A model generated the notes under the pieces. It saw nothing but the letters and a program-made list of their open reading frames with translations, did not search any database and was not told the DNA's origin. Below, in pieces: positions 12,818 to 22,260 of a stretch of 64,000 nt of DNA. The position numbers and the translations under genes are program-made. Position 1 is the stretch's first letter, and every line of letters begins with the position of its first letter. This stretch comes from Vairimorpha necatrix. Its lineage: Eukaryota. The stretch covers positions 682,001 through 746,000 of the forward strand of contig CP142730.1 of the NCBI GenBank assembly GCA_036630325.1. The letters are read 5' to 3'.

Positions 12818-13669
12818 TTATAAAAGGGTATTTTTCTGTACAATAACTGAAAAATTCAGTATAAATTCCTTCATAAACTCTACTAATATTGAAACCTCTT
12901 CTAAATTTACCTCGTTATTATTCTTTAAAAGTATATTAGGCATCATCACAGTAGAAATTCCTTCCATGTCCATATTTGTGGTATAATCTTTTCCGTCATT
13001 TGTTGCAATATCGTGTACCAAATATAAAAAGTAAATGGTAGCCTCTAAGAGATGCCTATTATATTTTGGTAAAGATAAATATAAATAATGGTATAGACTA
13101 AGTCTCTCATTTTTGTCTTCTAATTTACTAAATTTCAAGATTATAGGTAGAAAAGACTCTGGTATAACTGTCTGCTTATAACTTCTTAATACTTCCTTAA
13201 AAGCAGTAGTCAAATCTATAACATTAAAATTTTCTGCGAGATTATCTCTTATTTCTTTAAATGAGACTCTATTATAAATACCTTCTTCTAACATATTTAC
13301 ACATTCTTTGACTGTAGCCATAGAATTTCGTACTCTAAATAAACCTCCCACTTTTATGTCCAACGAGAGAATTGTCTCTGTCAAAGTATAAAAATTTAAA
13401 GGAACGAAAACATTCCTCTGGCCATATTTCAAAGTTGTCGCTATCCAGAATTTTATATCATCTTTAGCAAATGAAACTACTGGATACATCCACCTTCCTA
13501 AAATTGTCTGGTTCAATTTAGAAATTTCAATGTAACTTAATGAATTGAAAATTGTAGTTTTATGCGTATTTAAGAAGTCTTTTTTGTATGTAATAAATTC
13601 AATGTCTTCTAAATCATTAATTGTTGTCATGTCTTTTTTCTCTAACCTGGTTTTTATTTCATCCATCAT
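12818..13669 (-). CDS. Rho GTPase-activating protein
   Basis: GGLFRV (arginine finger), AFKEVLR, LPKYNRHLL and NMD..ISTVMMPNIL RhoGAP motifs. Confidence 0.88.
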   Translation of the reverse strand: MMDEIKTRLEKKDMTTINDLEDIEFITYKKDFLNTHKTTIFNSLSYIEISKLNQTILGRWMYPVVSFAKDDIKFWIATTLKYGQRNVFVPLNFYTLTETILSLDIKVGGLFRVRNSMATVKECVNMLEEGIYNRVSFKEIRDNLAENFNVIDLTTAFKEVLRSYKQTVIPESFLPIILKFSKLEDKNERLSLYHYLYLSLPKYNRHLLEATIYFLYLVHDIATNDGKDYTTNMDMEGISTVMMPNILLKNNNEVNLEEVSILVEFMKEFILNFSVIVQKNTLL

Positions 13670-13889
13670 CCTATTTCAAATTTCCTTTTTGTTTACAATT
13701 TTGCAAAATTGTAAAATATTGGAAAAAAATAATTTTATGCAAATTTTCTTTATTTATATTTTTAAAAATGAGTTTGTTTGTCAAACAACAAATTACTAGA
13801 AAATATATTTTCTCTGTAAACCTGTAAAATAAATCAATTATTGTTTTTCGAAACATTAAACAACATTTTCAATAAACTTTTATATTACT

Positions 13890-14345
13890 AAAGATGCAGT
13901 CTAGATTTGAGAAATAAGAAAATATGACTTTCTTACAAATATAATGGGACTAAAACATAAATTAATCCACAAGAATAGCTCCTTATGTAATTACATGGGT
14001 TGGAGTGGTGACCAAATATCACAGAAAGTACATCAGGAAGCTGGAAATCCAACCTTATCTAGAAGCATACATCCAGTCTTTTGTTTGCTAAACTCTAGAA
14101 TCCATCTTCTCTTATTACGACGAAGATACGATTAAAGAGATGCAGGAGAGGACGAAATAACCAGAGCAGTGTGCACTTTAGCAAATATGGCAACTGTCAA
14201 AGGAAACGTGTCGTTGAAGAAGAATGAAGCAGAAAAATCGTAGTTACAAAACGAAAATAATTCCGCAGAAACTTTAGTCTTGAAGAGCTAAATCCCATGA
14301 GCGATATCAGGACAAGCCGTCCTACAAATATCTTAAGACGAAATT
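13890..14345 (+). mobile_element. Degenerate 3' end of the same RLE-type LINE family as at 5.0-5.5 kb
   Basis: Aligns by eye with 5040-5460 (AAATATGAC; GCTGGAAA.CCAACC.TA.CT.GAAGCAT; GATGCAGGAGAGGA; GCAAATATGGC.ACTGT; CCATGAGCGAT). Confidence 0.7.
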
Positions 14346-14577
14346 TAACTTCATAAACAATTTATTGTTAATTAAGACTACCTAAATTACCCTTGTGGGT
14401 CTGAACATGAGAATTTGCGACATAAACCGAAGAATGCGCCTAAAAAGGCTGCATTTTATGACATAAGTGCTTCACTTAGTATAATAAGGCGTAGTTCCTT
14501 AATATTGTGCATGAGGCCCTGCATGCACATCCCCCTTACTAAATTTTGCATATTTATTTAGATTCTGAATTATTATT

Positions 14578-14928
14578 TTATTTCTTATTTATATATTCGA
14601 CCATGCTCTTAATTTCTTTCTTAGTAATTTTAAGATTAAATTTACCCACAAGTTTATTTAAATTTTCTTCATTTATCTCCAAATTTAAGATGTCTTCCTC
14701 TTTAAATTTATAATTTCTTTTAAATATTTCGTATATTTCGCTTTCTTCTTTTGTTAAAAAGCCTTTTTTCTCTGTATCAAATAATTCGTGATAATCTTCG
14801 TCGTTCATTTTTGATTTTTTCTCGATATTTTTTTCGTCGTTCAATTTTGATTTTTTTTCATCATTTCTTTGTTCGCCTAATTTTTTTTCCTTATTTCTTT
14901 CCTCTTTTAATTTTGCTTTTCTTTTCAT
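14578..14928 (-). CDS. Small basic protein with a degenerate EF-hand-like segment
   Basis: ATG at 14928 directly after GGGGG (alternative ATG at 14940). ELFDTEKKGFLTKEE resembles an EF-hand loop. Confidence 0.6.
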   Translation of the reverse strand: MKRKAKLKEERNKEKKLGEQRNDEKKSKLNDEKNIEKKSKMNDEDYHELFDTEKKGFLTKEESEIYEIFKRNYKFKEEDILNLEINEENLNKLVGKFNLKITKKEIKSMVEYINKK

Positions 14929-14938
14929 CCCCCAGGAC

Positions 14939-15202
14939 ATGAAAAGGATAATTAAAAATAAAGAATACGAAGAAAATAAAAAGAAAGAATTAGAGTTTGA
15001 AGAAGTCACTTCCAAATTTATAGCAGAAGAAAGAATTAAAATGGAAGGAAGAATCTGTAATAGTTATGATAAGATATTTGATGATGAAGTAAAAGAAATA
15101 AGAATGTATAAGCAGTTTTTATCAGATTATGAGTATAACAATAAATTTAAGATTGATAATGCGGAAGTAGAAGACGACATAGAAATAATAAGCAAATTGT
15201 AA
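14939..15202 (+). CDS. Small hypothetical protein (87 aa)
   Basis: ATG 5 bp after CCCCC; AATAAA-like signal after the stop; coding-like composition. Confidence 0.6.
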   Translation: MKRIIKNKEYEENKKKELEFEEVTSKFIAEERIKMEGRICNSYDKIFDDEVKEIRMYKQFLSDYEYNNKFKIDNAEVEDDIEIISKL

Positions 15203-15457
15203 ATTAATAAATAATTTTTATAAAATTGTAGTGTGCATCATGGCAATTTTTTTATTATTTTATGCATTTAAAAATTTTGGATTATAAAATTTCTGCATGA
15301 CTTTTTGTTGTGCCTAATAAAATTTTTGCATAAAAAGTTTGTTTCGTTTTAAAAAAGTTTATGCGTAAAATAATTTTTTTATGCATTATAAAAATTCTGC
15401 ATGAATTTTTTATTGCACTATAAATTTTTTTGTTCAGGTACTTTAGTTTATTTTTTT

Positions 15458-16663
15458 TTAATCATATTCAAAATACTCTATCTTTTTCTCTATAAATATC
15501 TCATACAAGATTATTCTTCTATAATTCTTCATGTCTTTATAAATAAAATTATTATAATCCTTTACTCTCTGCTTAGCGTACATCAGTGTAAACACCCCAC
15601 AATCATGTCCATTATCTTGTTTTCTTATATTTTCTATATAAATTTGAGACACTGATAATTCTTCATTATAAATTCTCTTATATTCTGACTCTATAAATTC
15701 AGAAAGATTTTCTAGTACCGAATCACTAGAGCCGCCTAAGGAATCTCTGTATTCTAATTTCTTCTTTAAGACATCATAACACACAAAGACCCAGTGATTA
15801 TGTAAATGAACAGGGAAAAATAATAATCTATACTCAAATATATTAATATTAGATGTATATTTCGACACTCGCTCTATGCCGCCCTTCCTTAAATTTGTGT
15901 AAAAATACGAGCTGAAAATGTAAATTTCAGGATCGTACTCGTGTAGAAATTCCATGTAAGAATTTATAATCTTGTCATTTAACCAATGCGGGCCTAAAAG
16001 CAGAGAGACGTCTTCATGGCGCATTTCATAATTCTGGATATTTACAGGGAGCTTGAGAGTAGGCAAAATTGCCTTAATTTTGACAATCATTTTGTCGTAC
16101 TTTTCTTTTTTATCGCTGCGATCTTTTATATCTTTTTTTGAAAATTTTTTATTTAGCATTGATTTCTCGAAGTCACTGGTGAAACTTGTAGATTTATTAG
16201 TACAGTTTTTTAAAGGAGAATTATAATTTGACGACGATTGACTTTCCAAAATCGAATCATCATTAGTTTTTAAAAGAGAATTATTGGTTTTCAATAATGA
16301 ATCATTATTATCAGAAAATTCTGTGCCTTTTATTGACTCGTCTGCATTTATAAATTCATCATGTTTCAATTCTATTTCTGTAGAGGATTCTGTAGTAGAC
16401 ATTGTTTGTTTTTCATCTGATAATATTATTGTTTTATCATTACAATCATACTCTGAACTTTCATTGTGTTCAATAGGCTCCAATTCTTCAAGAGAAGATT
16501 TTTTATTTGGATTGTACAACTCAGAAGAAAAAGAATCAGAATCAAAAAATCGCGGAATATTTTTATCAAAATTGACAATATTATTTGCATTATTTTTTGA
16601 ACTTAAAGATTCAAAAACATTGTATTTTTTTATATTTCTTTTAGCTTCGTCTTTATTATTCAT
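15458..16663 (-). CDS. ULP1: Ulp1/SENP SUMO protease (peptidase C48)
   Basis: WLNDKIINSY, PVHLHNHW, YRDSL and QDNGHDCGVF give the His-Asp-Cys triad. Start taken at the first ATG, 16663. Confidence 0.9.
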   Translation of the reverse strand: MNNKDEAKRNIKKYNVFESLSSKNNANNIVNFDKNIPRFFDSDSFSSELYNPNKKSSLEELEPIEHNESSEYDCNDKTIILSDEKQTMSTTESSTEIELKHDEFINADESIKGTEFSDNNDSLLKTNNSLLKTNDDSILESQSSSNYNSPLKNCTNKSTSFTSDFEKSMLNKKFSKKDIKDRSDKKEKYDKMIVKIKAILPTLKLPVNIQNYEMRHEDVSLLLGPHWLNDKIINSYMEFLHEYDPEIYIFSSYFYTNLRKGGIERVSKYTSNINIFEYRLLFFPVHLHNHWVFVCYDVLKKKLEYRDSLGGSSDSVLENLSEFIESEYKRIYNEELSVSQIYIENIRKQDNGHDCGVFTLMYAKQRVKDYNNFIYKDMKNYRRIILYEIFIEKKIEYFEYD

Positions 16664-17316
16664 AAAAAGGATAATTTCAAGGGCCCTTTTTAAAAAGTCA
16701 ACAAGAACAAAATGCGTCCGATGAGGAGAAATTTTGAATAATAAAATAGACTTGTACTGTGAGATTCTTACTCCCAATAAACTTATTGGAATGTTTATTT
16801 TCTGATTTAAGGAAAATATATACCAACAATTTAAAAATTCCGCCCAGAAATTTTAAGCATAATAAATAAAGACACGGTTAATAACCCGAGGAGAGACATC
16901 ATCGTACTGACACAAAATAGCCTACATTGTTATAAACATAGCCCCTTGCATCACCAGCCCGGCATTTTATGGTCAATTTTGACAATTTTATTTTTAACAG
17001 CTTGTTAAAATAGAACTAGGTGGATGGTCAAACTATCTAGTTGCTTCATTGATTTTGCTCAAAAATCTTATGAATCATGCCAAGGCTCTTTATATTTATA
17101 TCAAACCTAATAAATGAGAGTAACATTGAGACTGTTAAATTTATGGTTTACAGGTGCATTTTCTAATTAGACATTAATCTATCTATGGAAAACCATACAT
17201 GTTTTTATAAAAAATAATATCGAGACTTTAATACGCCTTAATAACAAGGTACGCAGCTTTTTATATAGCAAAAATGAAATATAATTAAAATATTATTTTT
17301 AATAAATTAGTTTATT

Positions 17317-19443
17317 TTAAACATCAAAGTTTGGATGAATAAAATAAATATTTTCACTTATAAATAAAACTCCTTCATGACTTACCAAATAATCAATCAC
17401 TTTATCTGCTAGTTCTTTCTCAGCGTAAAATTCATCTTCTGTCTCCAAAGTATCTTCAATTTGTTCAATATAACAACTTATCAAATCTTCTTTATTCATT
17501 CCTTCCCTAGTCTTAATTAAATAAACAATCTGATTGGTAATTCGCACCAAATCATTAGAATTTATTTTAGTCTGTCCAGTCTCCTTTGATTCAACTCCTA
17601 TTTCAATGTCTTCGCCTTTTATCTCGATCACGCTACTAGAAATTAGACGGAAAGCTTCTTCAACATAACATTCTCTAACTTCAGAGTCGCAGTGTAACTT
17701 GGCCAAGGCTTCACTAAGTCTTATCATACTTTCTAAATGACGTACTGTCATTTTATAATTACTATTATTTATCAAACTATCTTGTCTGATTTTTATATAT
17801 TTCTCTACTAATTTCTTATGAACTTCTTCGTTCAAAAGAGGTTTCTGTTTCCTTGCGTAGCGAATGAACAATTTGACTTGTTCAAGTGTAAAATAACTGT
17901 CACTCATGTTAATTTCAGAAGAAAGAAGATGATTATTTAAAATGTGCATACTGACATTTCTATCATTTTCCAAGTCTACATCGTCTATTAAGACGAAATA
18001 TAAATCAAATCTGCTCATAATAGGCTGACTCAAATTTATATTCTGTTTTAATGTCTTACGCTTGTCGTATCTTCCTTTGATAGGATTTGCGGCCGCCAAA
18101 ATACTAGTACGAGAATTTAGAGTGGCATTTATACCTGCTTTGGCTATCGTAATAGTCTGCTGTTCCATAGCTTCATGAATACTCACTTGATCTTTATAAT
18201 TCATTTTATCAAATTCGTCTATACAACAAATACCATTATCACTTAACATTAGAGCACCCGCTTCTATTGACATTTCCCCCGTTTCGCCGTCTCTTATGAC
18301 GCAGGCCGTTAGACCGGCGGCGCTGCTACTTTTGCCAGAAGTGTAAACACTTCTTGATAAAATCCCCGATGTTTGTTTAAGGAACTGCGATTTCGCAGTT
18401 CCTGGATCTCCGACCAGTAAAATGTTAATATCTCCTCTTAATTTGACACCACTTTCAGTTTTTTTTGTAACTCCACCTATTAAAAGTAAAAGTATCCCAT
18501 TTTTTATCGAAAAATGTCCATGTATCGAAGGAAACAAACTCTGAGACAATTTGTAATACAAATTTTTAGTAGATTTCATTTCTTCTATAACTTTCAATTC
18601 TTCATTAGTAAAATTATTAGTATCATCTTCTTCTTTCGTATTGACGTGTGTACACATAAAACTTAACTTATAGTTCAAATCTTTAATATTTATATTTCTT
18701 TTAGATCTCATGTTGTCGGCCACGCCTTCCTGCACGGGCATACTTTTAGATTGTGGTAACATTAATTGGATAACATCAGGAACAACTATCAAATATCCAG
18801 TAAAAATTAATTTTTCACCAGCTCTGATTTTTTCTACTAAATCATTTCGTACAATGACGTCTATATTTCTAGGCAGTGAACCCGGTGGTATTTCGTCAGT
18901 ATTTTCTTGTACGTGTATTCGTTGCCAATTTGAAAATTCACTTTCGTCGATGTCAAGTCGCCACAATTTACGATTAGTACAAAGATGATTTGGACAAACA
19001 AGTGGTTCAGTATATTTAAATTCTTGTTCTACTTCTGGTACAACAGAATTACATTCTTTACAAATAAATGTACCAGAAACTAATTCTGGTCTAACTTGTG
19101 TAGTTCTTGTTGATGTGCCACTAAAAGAAACAAGTTGGCCTAGTTTGTTAGATTTTAGATCTCGGATTTTATAACAAAAATCCAAGTTACAAAAAGAATG
19201 ATTTTTGATTTTTTTGTTAAAATTTTTTAAAGAAAATTTTTCCAAAGATTTGTTGATGGATGGGATTACTTGGCCATATTTCTGCATTATATTTACGTAT
19301 AAGTCTTCATTAAAATCGTGTAGATCTTGTGTGTCGATTACTAGGGTTTGTTCATTTTTTTGTATAACATTTTCTAAAAGAATTTTATTTTTTGGAATTG
19401 CTTCTAGAAATTCAAGAAAAGAGTTTTCTACGTTTACAGACAT
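17317..19443 (-). CDS. MCM6: DNA replication licensing factor MCM6
   Basis: GDPGTAKS, CIDEFDKM, HEAMEQQTI, SRFD. MCM6-type features: EIPPGSLPR, SGKSSSAAGLTA, DQVSIHE. Confidence 0.92.
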   Translation of the reverse strand: MSVNVENSFLEFLEAIPKNKILLENVIQKNEQTLVIDTQDLHDFNEDLYVNIMQKYGQVIPSINKSLEKFSLKNFNKKIKNHSFCNLDFCYKIRDLKSNKLGQLVSFSGTSTRTTQVRPELVSGTFICKECNSVVPEVEQEFKYTEPLVCPNHLCTNRKLWRLDIDESEFSNWQRIHVQENTDEIPPGSLPRNIDVIVRNDLVEKIRAGEKLIFTGYLIVVPDVIQLMLPQSKSMPVQEGVADNMRSKRNINIKDLNYKLSFMCTHVNTKEEDDTNNFTNEELKVIEEMKSTKNLYYKLSQSLFPSIHGHFSIKNGILLLLIGGVTKKTESGVKLRGDINILLVGDPGTAKSQFLKQTSGILSRSVYTSGKSSSAAGLTACVIRDGETGEMSIEAGALMLSDNGICCIDEFDKMNYKDQVSIHEAMEQQTITIAKAGINATLNSRTSILAAANPIKGRYDKRKTLKQNINLSQPIMSRFDLYFVLIDDVDLENDRNVSMHILNNHLLSSEINMSDSYFTLEQVKLFIRYARKQKPLLNEEVHKKLVEKYIKIRQDSLINNSNYKMTVRHLESMIRLSEALAKLHCDSEVRECYVEEAFRLISSSVIEIKGEDIEIGVESKETGQTKINSNDLVRITNQIVYLIKTREGMNKEDLISCYIEQIEDTLETEDEFYAEKELADKVIDYLVSHEGVLFISENIYFIHPNFDV

Positions 19444-19627
19444 TTAAAGAAGGACAAAAAAATAATTAAAAAAAGGAGATTACTTTTTTTAACTAGATTT
19501 AACAGAATTCAAAAGAAAAATATTGTTTATAGAAAAAAAAATTGATCAAATAAAACATCATAAAAAACAAGGGAATATGTCAAATGAATGATCAAATTAA
19601 ACATTAGACAATAAAAAATACAATCAA

Positions 19628-19885
19628 TTAATCTTCTTTATTTTTAAGATATGGAATAACATACATTTGATTAAAACACAATAAAACTATAAAAGTATAA
19701 ATGACTGTATAAAGCACAAGAGCTGGAGCTCTTACAAAAAACATAGTAGGAATAAAAGGTATAGAAACAAAATGACCAATAAAACTTAATATGAAAAATA
19801 TTGTTACAATCTGTAAAATAAAAAATCCCATAAAACTTCTCATTTTCGTATGACATTCCAATGGACAAATTTTTTTGTTTTTCAT
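19628..19885 (-). CDS. Small hypothetical membrane protein (85 aa)
   Basis: Two hydrophobic segments with charged termini; fills the gap between MCM6 and NOG1. Confidence 0.5.
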   Translation of the reverse strand: MKNKKICPLECHTKMRSFMGFFILQIVTIFFILSFIGHFVSIPFIPTMFFVRAPALVLYTVIYTFIVLLCFNQMYVIPYLKNKED

Positions 19886-19945
19886 TTTTTTTTATTGACG
19901 GTTATTAATTTCTTTTTTTTTTTAATTTTTTTTTTTGCCCTCTAA

Positions 19946-21556
19946 ATGAAAGTAAATTTTAATTACATAACTCCTGTACCACAAAACACTTCTTTAATTG
20001 ACATTGCTCTTAGTAAAACTCAAAAACGATCTCCTACCGTAGTACATCCCCAATATTCAATAGTAAGAATCCGAAAATTTTACATGCACAAAGTTAAAAA
20101 AGCCGGCGAAGAATTCAAATTGAGACTTGAAACAATAGTCAAGGAATTTCCTAGACTTGAAGATATTCATCCATTTTATTCTGATCTTATAAATGTTTTA
20201 TATGATAAAGATCATTACAAATTGGCACTTGGCCACGTGAGCTCAACTAGAAAAGTTTGCGAAGGAATTGTTAAAGAATTTGTTAAGTTATTGAAATATG
20301 GAGACACGCTTTACAGATGTAAACAACTTAAAAGAGGAGCACTTGGAAGAATGGCCAGTGCATGTAAAAAATTAGATAAGACTCTTACTTATCTAGAAGA
20401 GGTAAGAATGCATTTGGGACGTCTTCCTTCTATAGATCCGAATTCTAGATCTTTACTAATTTGTGGATTTCCTAATGTTGGAAAAAGTTCTTTTATAAAT
20501 AAAATTAGTCGGGCTGACGTAGAAGTCCAGCCGTACGCTTTTACTACTAAAAGTTTGTATGTTGGCCATTTTGATTATAATTATTTGAATTGGCAAGTTA
20601 TTGATACGCCGGGGATTTTAGATCACGAGTTAGAAGATAGAAATACGATAGAAATGTTGTCTATTACTGCTTTGGCTCATATAAAAGCAGTAGTTTTATA
20701 TTTTTTCGACTTAAGTGGCAATTGTGGTCATAATATTGATGAACAAATTTCTTTATTTAACACACTCAGTCCACTTTTAGATTCTAAAATTGTGATTGTT
20801 TTAAGCAAATGCGATTTATTAAAACTTGATAATGTCCAAGATTTAAAAGATAAAGATCTTCTTAAAAATTTTTTACAAGATAAAATTTTTATAGAAATTT
20901 CTACACAAGATGAATTTAATGTAGAAAGAGCCAAGAAGTTAGCTTGTGACATTTTATTAGAAGAAAGAGTAGATAGGAAATTAGAAAATGAGAAGATAAA
21001 AGAATATATAAATAGAATTACTATGTCAAAATCCAGATATCAAAAAGAAAAAGAACCACCCAGAGAAATTAAAAGGGAAATAGAAGAGTTAAATAATGAA
21101 CAAGAAAGATATTTTTGTAAAGAAGAATATAAATATGATCAAATTCCCGAAATTATAAATGGTAAAAATTTTTGCGATTTTATAGATGACGACATAGTAA
21201 GGAAATTGAATGAAATGGAAGAAGAAGAAGATAAAATGTTTGCGATTTATACTAAGAATTATGATATTTTGACTAAAGAACAAAGAGAAGATATGAAGAA
21301 GATTTATGATAAAATAGAAGAAAAAAAGATAGAGAGAGAATTAAGGAAGACAAACAAAGTCCCGAGATCCAAACAAATTAATCGTAAGAATACACAAATT
21401 GTGAAGGTTAATCGAAGAGACAGAATACCAGTGCATTTGGCGAATGATAAGAAGCCTGACAGGAGTAAAGAGAAGTCTAGATTTGACACTAAAGGGCATT
21501 ATGAAAGGAAGCCCAAGCATTTCTTCAGATTTAAGGGCAAGAACAACAGGAGATAA
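19946..21556 (+). CDS. NOG1: Nucleolar GTP-binding protein 1
   Basis: LSKTQKRSPTVVH, GFPNVGKSS, VQPYAFTTKSL, DTPGILD, EDRNTIEM, KPKHFF. Confidence 0.96.
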   Translation: MKVNFNYITPVPQNTSLIDIALSKTQKRSPTVVHPQYSIVRIRKFYMHKVKKAGEEFKLRLETIVKEFPRLEDIHPFYSDLINVLYDKDHYKLALGHVSSTRKVCEGIVKEFVKLLKYGDTLYRCKQLKRGALGRMASACKKLDKTLTYLEEVRMHLGRLPSIDPNSRSLLICGFPNVGKSSFINKISRADVEVQPYAFTTKSLYVGHFDYNYLNWQVIDTPGILDHELEDRNTIEMLSITALAHIKAVVLYFFDLSGNCGHNIDEQISLFNTLSPLLDSKIVIVLSKCDLLKLDNVQDLKDKDLLKNFLQDKIFIEISTQDEFNVERAKKLACDILLEERVDRKLENEKIKEYINRITMSKSRYQKEKEPPREIKREIEELNNEQERYFCKEEYKYDQIPEIINGKNFCDFIDDDIVRKLNEMEEEEDKMFAIYTKNYDILTKEQREDMKKIYDKIEEKKIERELRKTNKVPRSKQINRKNTQIVKVNRRDRIPVHLANDKKPDRSKEKSRFDTKGHYERKPKHFFRFKGKNNRR

Positions 21557-21639
21557 AATAAAAATTTAATTTTAAATAATATTATATGTATTGCACACAT
21601 TTATTTATACATCAACATTGTAAAAATATAATATGTTCT

Positions 21640-22056
21640 TTATTCGGGTATTTTAATGTACATTTCTTTGTTTTTAGATTCCATTATCTTTAAGTTTCTT
21701 ATGTGTGAATCTTTTCCTTCTTGATGATTTGACAAAATGATTATTTGTAAATAAAAGCACACTTGTTTGACACTCAGAGAGAGAAGTCCCTCTGGCTCCA
21801 TAAGTGTGACTACTAAGATACTCTCCATAGTGCTCAGGGTCATGCCTGTTCTTATTTCTATTTCCTTGGGTGTGTAACTATCATCTTGAGAGAAGCTAAG
21901 GAAGAGTCTTATTTCTTCTACATAAGTCAATTTATGGAATTTTATTTGGATGCCGTGGGGGAGGGAGTCGTCAGTGGCCCAGTACTCGCTCATTTCATTT
22001 GAGATGAGCTCTTTTAAAGAGTTGTTTTTTTTATAAGAACTAAGGCGACAATCCAT
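21640..22056 (-). CDS. APC10: Anaphase-promoting complex subunit 10 (DOC1)
   Basis: YWATDDSLPH, DDSYTPKEI and NHQEGKDSHIR match the DOC domain; CCCCC upstream. Confidence 0.9.
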   Translation of the reverse strand: MDCRLSSYKKNNSLKELISNEMSEYWATDDSLPHGIQIKFHKLTYVEEIRLFLSFSQDDSYTPKEIEIRTGMTLSTMESILVVTLMEPEGLLSLSVKQVCFYLQIIILSNHQEGKDSHIRNLKIMESKNKEMYIKIPE

Positions 22057-22260
22057 AAGGGGGTAAACAGTAATATAATATCTATTATAGAGATACTATA
22101 TCAAATAATTTGCGATTTGACTTAAAAAGACAAGATAAGTTAATATAATATATAAATTTATACCAAACATGTATAAATTTATTAGATTTATCTATACTGT
22201 AATTTGTAAATTTTGACTAAAGTGCACTTTGGCCTAAATTTTTAAAGTTTTAAAATATCT

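Noticed and set aside
14390-14540. Possible small ncRNA (GTGCATG..CATGCAC hairpin) after the LINE fragment
   Set aside because: One short stem and no recognisable snRNA/snoRNA boxes; insufficient support.
16284-16724. Antisense ORFs over real genes (also 18710, 29985, 42851, 49716, 60828 and others)
   Set aside because: F/L/I/S-rich shadows of K/E/N-rich coding strands, with no motifs.
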